Assembly: GCF_035285525.1 (NCBI RefSeq)
Contig: NZ_JAYKGW010000028.1
Coordinates: 1-32,000, forward strand
Direction of reading: 5' to 3'
Length of the DNA: 32,000 nucleotides
Origin: Okeania sp.
GTDB lineage: Bacteria > Cyanobacteriota > Cyanobacteriia > Cyanobacteriales > Microcoleaceae
Within the stretch, counting starts at the first letter, position 1, and each line of letters starts with the position of its first letter. Of the stretch, positions 27,719-32,000 are shown piece by piece. The position numbers were made by a program, and so were the translations under genes. The notes beneath the pieces are model-generated. The model made no database searches. It saw nothing but the letters and a program-made list of their open reading frames with translations, and had not been told where the DNA came from.

Positions 27719-27958
27719 ATTAGGGCTTGCTGAATAAATATCAAAGTTTTGATAGGGAAAGGTTTTAAGCTTTTCAGGTACTAATAAAGTATCAGCTTTT
27801 AGGTGATTTGAGTTGAAAAACCTAGGATTTTGGGCAAGATCAGGGCAGAAAATCAGGGTAAGATTCTTATGGCTACCTCTTCTATAATTCTTATTCCTCC
27901 TGGATTCTGGATTCTGACTCCTCCTTACTACTAAAAGACTTTTTCAGCAACCCCTAAT
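27719..27958. mobile_element. MITE-like element, family 2 (inverted relative to the 9484 copy)
   Basis: The ends are attagggcttgctgaataaatatcaaag and aaaagactttttcagcaacccctaat. The interior aligns with the reverse complement of 9484..9793. Confidence 0.75.
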
Positions 27959-27976
27959 TATTAATTGTTAATTTTG

Positions 27977-28055
27977 GTCTCCAAATCCCTTGGCGTTTGG
28001 GTTGGGAAACCAAACCCCTACAGTTTTTTCTCACAAATCACTTCTTATGGCTGAG
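27977..28055 (+). repeat. 79-bp repeat, copy 2
   Basis: It reads gtctccaaatcccttggcgtttgggttgggaaaccaaacccctacagttttttctcacaaatcacttcttatggctgag, about 93 percent identical to copy 1. Confidence 0.85.
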
Positions 28056-28060
28056 TTAAT

Positions 28061-28206
28061 TATAGCAATTCCCATACTTGTAAGGTACAGTTTTATATCC
28101 CCCCTTGCCCCCCTTTGAAAAGGGCGAAGTGAACAAAAAGTCCCCTTTTCAAAGGTGGATTTAGGGGGATTATCAATGTACCTTACAAGAAAAGGCAAAT
28201 CCTATA
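28061..28206. repeat. Inverted-repeat element with TATAGCAA-type termini and an inner CTTGTAAGGTACA / TGTACCTTACAAG stem
   Basis: It reads tatagcaattcccatacttgtaaggtaca...tgtaccttacaagaaaaggcaaatcctata. The core contains a second hairpin, cccctttgaaaaggg / ccccttttcaaagg. Confidence 0.55.
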
Positions 28207-28243
28207 TTAATTATTAATTATTAATTATTAATTATTAATTATT
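28207..28243. repeat. Heptamer tandem repeat TTAATTA, 5.3 units, overlapping the 3' end of the UDG gene
   Basis: It reads ttaattattaattattaattattaattattaattatt. The last two Asn codons and the TAA stop of the UDG gene (28235..28243) are read from the repeat. Confidence 0.85.
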
Positions 28244-28945
28244 GAGAAGCTCTTCTAACTTTTGCTTAACTGCCTGAATATCCTGCCACATTAACCATTT
28301 TGGTTTGCCTGGTTCCTTAGAAGGGTTGCGTAAAAGATATGCTGGATGAAAAATAGGCATACAAAGTCTTCCTTCCCATTCTATCCATTGACCCCGAATT
28401 TTAGTAATACCTCGCTTATCACCAGTTAAAGCTTTAACTGCTGTTGCTCCAGTTAACAGAATAATTTTCGGGTTAACAAGACGTATTTGCTCTAATAAAT
28501 AAGGTTTACAAGCTTCTATTTCTTTTAGAGTAGGAGTTCGGTTTTCTGGTGGCCGACATCTAATTGCGTTAGAAATATAAATGTGGCGATCGCTACTCAG
28601 TTCTACAGACTGTAAAATTTTATCAAGCAGTTGCCCAGACTTACCCACAAAAGGGAGACCTTGTTCATCTTCACTTTGACCAGGTGCTTCCCCAATAATC
28701 ATAATTTCTGCTTCGGGGTTGCCTCTACCAATAACAGCATTAGTCCGGTTTTTTCCTAGTTCACATCTCTGACATTGGTTACAATGAACTTTTATTTCCT
28801 CCATTGTTTGATATGTTCCAGATGGAATAGGAATTTTTGCATCTGTGGGAATGAGACTAAAATCGGAGGTAGAGTCAGGGGTAGATACTGAGGAGTCATT
28901 ATTATTTGGCAAGTCAAAAAGACTAAGTTGTTTTTCGGTAGACAT
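28235..28945 (-). CDS. Uracil-DNA glycosylase, family 4 (Fe-S type)
   Basis: The Cys cluster is CNQCQRCEL and the family motif is GEAPGQSEDEQGLPFVGKSGQLL. The C-terminal HPAYLLRN is also present. Length is 236 aa, with a low-complexity N-terminal extension. Confidence 0.9.
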   Translation of the reverse strand: MSTEKQLSLFDLPNNNDSSVSTPDSTSDFSLIPTDAKIPIPSGTYQTMEEIKVHCNQCQRCELGKNRTNAVIGRGNPEAEIMIIGEAPGQSEDEQGLPFVGKSGQLLDKILQSVELSSDRHIYISNAIRCRPPENRTPTLKEIEACKPYLLEQIRLVNPKIILLTGATAVKALTGDKRGITKIRGQWIEWEGRLCMPIFHPAYLLRNPSKEPGKPKWLMWQDIQAVKQKLEELLNN

Positions 28946-28949
28946 AATT

Positions 28950-29046
28950 TCAGTTATTAGTTAAGGGAGTAGGGAGTAGAGAGTAGGGAGTAGGGACGTT
29001 TCGCTGCGCGACATGAAACGCATTTTTGCCGGTGCAACGTCCCTAC
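28950..29046. repeat. STRR block (TCAGTTA then GGGAGTA heptamers) fused to a GTAGGGACG...CGTCCCTAC hairpin repeat
   Basis: It reads tcagttattagttaagggagtagggagtagagagtagggagtagggacgtttcgctgcgcgacatgaaacgcatttttgccggtgcaacgtccctac. It starts 5 nt from the UDG ATG. Confidence 0.8.
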
Positions 29047-29430
29047 AGAGTCAAGAAGTTTTAGGTAGAAAGTCTTAAGATTCAAGGCCATTAGATATCT
29101 CTAAAAAGGGAGTAGGGAGTAGTTAAGAGTATAGAAAATAAAATCAATTCTTATTCATAAATTATGAATGATTTCTTCTTATTGCTCATTGCCCATTCCC
29201 TCCATACCTCTTTTCTGGAGAAGTTTATTAATTAGAATATAAATATAAAATAGATTGTAAGTTAGTTTGAGCCGAGCAAGTCTTATTTTTGACTTTTGAC
29301 TTCCGTAAAACAGTATTAGTCTAGTACAACAGTCGAAGCAAAGGGTAAGGACATTTCTAAATCCTGAAACTCTTTCATATTCTTCTGTTCCCACTTAAGT
29401 GTTCCCTATCAGTAGTTCCAGGACAGAATT

Positions 29431-30099
29431 ATGTCATCTATCCATATCTTTAGCGATCGCGCTGATGCGGGGGAAAAATTGGCCGAAGTTGTTTTTACCG
29501 AATTTTGCCATCAACAGTTGACCAGAGATTGGCCACTTAAACCTATTGTTTATGCTCTACCAAGAGGGGGGTTGCCAGTAGCAGTACCAGTTGCTCGTCG
29601 ATTAGGTTGTCCATTGAATGTGGTGGTAGCTAAGAAAATTACTTTACCGTCTAATCCAGAATTAGCTCTTGGTGCTGTGACGGTAGATGGTTGTTTAGTT
29701 TGGTCAAAGCAAAAACCACACAGTTTAGGAGTTCAATATTCTCTAATTGAAAAAGCACAGCAAAAAGCGTTCTCTCAGTTAGAAAAACTGAGTTCTGGAA
29801 AACCTAGAGTTAGTTGTTTAGATAGGTTAGTAATTTTGGTTGATGATGGTATAGCTACAGGAATGACGATGGTAGCTGCAGCAAAGTCTATTCAGTTACA
29901 GAAACCGAATGCTATTTGGATATGTGTACCACTTGCACCACAAGAGTTGCTTGCAGCGTTGAGAGAATGTTGCGATCGCTTAATTGTGTTAGAGAGCCCG
30001 CACCCATTTTTGAGTGTAGGTAGATTTTATTATGAGTTTACTCAAGTAGAAACTGAGGTTGCTTTGACTTGTTTGCAGCAGCAAAGGGAATGGTTGTAA
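29431..30099 (+). CDS. Phosphoribosyltransferase-fold protein
   Basis: The PRPP-binding loop is VILVDDGIATGMTM. The N-terminal ALPRGGLPVA motif and the 222-aa length are typical of stand-alone putative PRTases. Confidence 0.8.
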   Translation: MSSIHIFSDRADAGEKLAEVVFTEFCHQQLTRDWPLKPIVYALPRGGLPVAVPVARRLGCPLNVVVAKKITLPSNPELALGAVTVDGCLVWSKQKPHSLGVQYSLIEKAQQKAFSQLEKLSSGKPRVSCLDRLVILVDDGIATGMTMVAAAKSIQLQKPNAIWICVPLAPQELLAALRECCDRLIVLESPHPFLSVGRFYYEFTQVETEVALTCLQQQREWL

Positions 30100-30510
30100 T
30101 CAGTTATCAGTTATAAGTTACGATCAAACTTACCCATGAATGTTATTGATAGTAGACTGACACAGCTAAAACTGTGCATTAGCTTTTTTAATATAGGACT
30201 AAGGCGATGAATCCTAGTGTTAGTAGATGTTTCACTTTAAATGGTGCAATAGCTGTAGGTTGGGTTGAGGTACGTAGTGGACCGTTTCACCTAAAATAGT
30301 ACATGATTGTTTGTGATTGCGAACGAATGTGAAGCAATCTCCAGACACTTTTCTATTGTACAGTTTTAGATGAAGCAATGCAGTAGGGTGTGTTTTTGCG
30401 CTTGGCAAAGCTCCGCTTTATATAGCAGTGTATTTTGGCAAAGGAACTTTGTATACACTTTTATAACAAACATTTACCATGCTTAGTATAATAGAAGAAA
30501 AATTAACTAC

Positions 30511-30600
30511 AGGACTTACGCAAAGGTACTATCTATAGAGTTCAAAAACTATTGCGCAATAGTTTTAAACGCTATATATGTGGTCTGGTGGGTAAGTCCT
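30511..30600 (+). mobile_element. MITE-like element, family 1 subtype A
   Basis: It reads aggacttacgcaaaggtactatctatagagttcaaaaactattgcgc...ggtctggtgggtaagtcct. Confidence 0.75.
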
Positions 30601-30622
30601 CAACTAAAAAAATAGGTAGGTT

Positions 30623-30887
30623 ATGACACAAGTAATCCTTACACAAATTATAAATCAACTTGAGATGCTTGAGCGATAAGAACTGCAAAAACTTAATCAA
30701 AAAATTCAACAATACCTAACTAAAAGAAATCGATTAGACCCGGAAGATGCTTTGTCATAAATCTTTAATAAATTCTGGGACTGTAAAGGAAATTAAAACT
30801 CCATCTTATCAACCAATAACTGAACGACAACTGGTTCAAATAGAGGAAAAACCTATTTCTGAAACAATTATTGAGGAACGTCGTTAA
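30623..30887 (+). pseudogene. VapB-position antitoxin gene, disrupted
   Basis: It reads MTQVILTQIINQLEMLER, then TAA (30677), then ELQKLNQKIQQYLTKRNRLDPEDALS, then TAA (30758). After a frame shift it reads HKSLINSGTVKEIKTPSYQPITERQLVQIEEKPISETIIEERR*. The final stop directly abuts the ATG of the PIN gene (cgttaaATG). Confidence 0.5.
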
Positions 30888-31484
30888 ATGACAATTTATT
30901 TTTTAGATAGTAGTACATTAGTCAAGCGTTATATTAGTAAAATTGGTTCTACTTGGGTTTTGGGTTTATTCGATTCTGATTTAGATAATAAAATATTTAT
31001 TACTGCTATTACCCAGGTAGAGATTATTGCTGCTATTACCAAGATATCGCGTGGTGGAAATATTAGTGCGACAGATGCAGCAAAAATTAATCATCAACTT
31101 AGACAAGACACTCTTCAGGAATACCAAATTATTGAAATTACTGAAAGTATAGCGCTGCGCGCAGGGAACAGGGAACACAGAAGGTGGGAACAGGGAGAAT
31201 AAATGGCCGATAATATAACGCTTTTAGCTATTGGACAGCTCCTGCAATTTGTAAAGATTAAGTGCGCACATTGCTATATTATTAATTTGGGAATGACATT
31301 TGCTGAAACTTAAGGTTTAAGGGGTTATGATGCTATTCAGTTAGCAGCAGATTGTACTATTAATTCTCTCTGTTTAGCTTATAATTTACCTATTATTACT
31401 TTTGTCTCAGCGAAAAAAGAACTAAATTTAGCTGTTTTGAATGAGGGATTATTGATAGAAAATCCTCAGAATTATTCATATTAA
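30888..31484 (+). pseudogene. vapC: PIN-domain toxin, disrupted by an insertion of about 120 bp and a nonsense codon
   Basis: The N-terminal MTIYFLDSSTLVKRY...ITQVEIIAAI...ITESIALRAG runs into a GGGAACA heptamer / TATAGCAA-type insert (about 31166..31286) and stops at 31200. The same frame resumes at 31287 as LGMTFAET, then TAA (31311), then GLRGYDAIQLAADCT...ITFVSAKKELNLAVLNEGLLIENPQNYSY*. Confidence 0.65.
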
Positions 31485-31698
31485 TATGTTGAAAACTGAA
31501 TAAATAATTAATCATTATGCCTACAGAAACCTGAGTTGTTGGAATTAATTTTTATCCTTGTAACCTACCATTTTTAATTAACCGGGTATCATAATCATGG
31601 TGCGTTATGCTTTTAGTCCGGAATGCTACGCCAACGCGGTTCACACCCTACTGGACTGAAATATTAAGAGCGATCGCGCCATTCATTATTTCAAAAAC

Positions 31699-31784
31699 AG
31701 GATTTACGCAGTGACTCTAGATATAGTGCTAAAAACGACGGCCTCATCGTTTTTCAACTCTATATGTAGTACCTTTCCGTAATG
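31699..31784 (-). mobile_element. MITE-like element, family 1 subtype A, inverted, one terminus degraded
   Basis: Its reverse complement reads cattacggaaaggtactacatatagagttgaaaaacg...gagtcactgcgtaaatcct. Confidence 0.55.
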
Positions 31785-31856
31785 AAAAAGATAGTTCATG
31801 TTGGTTATTTACAGAATCTTGAAGATATAAATCAATTAATTGTTGAGCAGTTATGC

Positions 31857-32000
31857 TTACTTTTTTGTCACTCTCAACAGTTTCCTCCCAACCAAAGATT
31901 GAAATTCCCATTGCTTCCCTTTTATTGCTTCCTCCAGTCTTTCAGAGGGTCGAAATACAAAAATTTCCGACTCATCTGCAACCATTTCTAAATTAGGCGA
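31857..32000 (-). CDS. Possible 3' end of a gene that starts beyond the window (47 codons), function unknown
   Basis: The reverse frame is open from the window edge and reads SPNLEMVADESEIFVFRPSERLEEAIKGKQWEFQSLVGRKLLRVTKK*. There is no other support. Confidence 0.25.
   Translation of the reverse strand, partial: SPNLEMVADESEIFVFRPSERLEEAIKGKQWEFQSLVGRKLLRVTKK

Noticed and set aside
4151-27958. TTAGGG in the family-2 termini resembling a telomeric hexamer
   Set aside because: These are single occurrences within an inverted terminus, not a tandem array. The resemblance is coincidental.
29179-29394. Track ORF 29179..29394(-), 71 aa
   Set aside because: It has no RBS and lies in the AT-rich upstream region of the PRTase gene. 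The translation has no recognisable features.
30230-30460. CRISPR-like pattern of short gtttcac..aaat.gt.ca units separated by about 30 nt
   Set aside because: There are only two or three poorly matching units of about 20 nt, at irregular spacing. The would-be spacers are themselves recognisable dispersed-repeat fragments (ttgggttgagg..., gcgaacgaatgtgaagcaatc). There are no cas genes in the window.
1748-31313. The in-frame stop codons might reflect stop-codon recoding or programmed readthrough rather than pseudogenes
   Set aside because: All three stop codons are affected: TAG at 1748, TGA at 4519, and TAA at 14063, 15217, 30677 and 31311. The same loci also carry frameshifts, deletions or insertions. 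Intact housekeeping genes in the window terminate normally with the same codons.
31782-31991. Track ORF 31782..31991(+), 69 aa
   Set aside because: It starts inside the degraded MITE terminus. The opposite strand has an ORF open to the window edge, which is at least as plausible. Neither is well supported.

Overview
This is a chromosomal segment of a low-GC, filamentous (Nostocales-type) cyanobacterium. The assignment rests on about 12 HIP1 GCGATCGC sites, many heptameric STRR tandem repeats, and the gene content. Intact housekeeping genes are psbA (partial, at the left edge), an ECF/cobalt-type ABC ATPase, cbiC, tRNA-Thr(GGU), tRNA-Tyr(GUA), an ABC exporter, two NUDIX hydrolases, an OmpA-domain protein, cmoB, folD, crtE with a DUF212/PAP2-like gene, ycf54, pdxJ, a family-4 uracil-DNA glycosylase and a PRTase. 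Two things stand out. (1) The repeat load is heavy. There are about 11 copies of a MITE-like family with AGGACTTACGCA inverted termini and about 8 copies of a second family with TTAGGGYTTGCTGA termini. There are also palindromic hairpin repeats, two tandem duplications and STRR arrays lying flush against start and stop codons. (2) At least eight accessory genes are visibly disrupted by nonsense codons of all three types, frameshifts, a deletion and an insertion. They are a Panacea/SocA-like antitoxin, a PhoD-like phosphatase, an AsnB-like tail, an unknown membrane protein, a PLP decarboxylase, a tiny ORF and a vapBC pair. This is the signature of an eroding genome. I found no CRISPR array, no cas genes, no integrase or transposase, and no complete recognisable defence or biosynthetic system. 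The candidates for something new are modest: an uncharacterised two-gene cassette at 3171..4153, a decayed exporter-linked cluster at 12138..14413, and the behaviour of the two MITE families. All calls come from reading translations and repeats by eye; no database search was possible.
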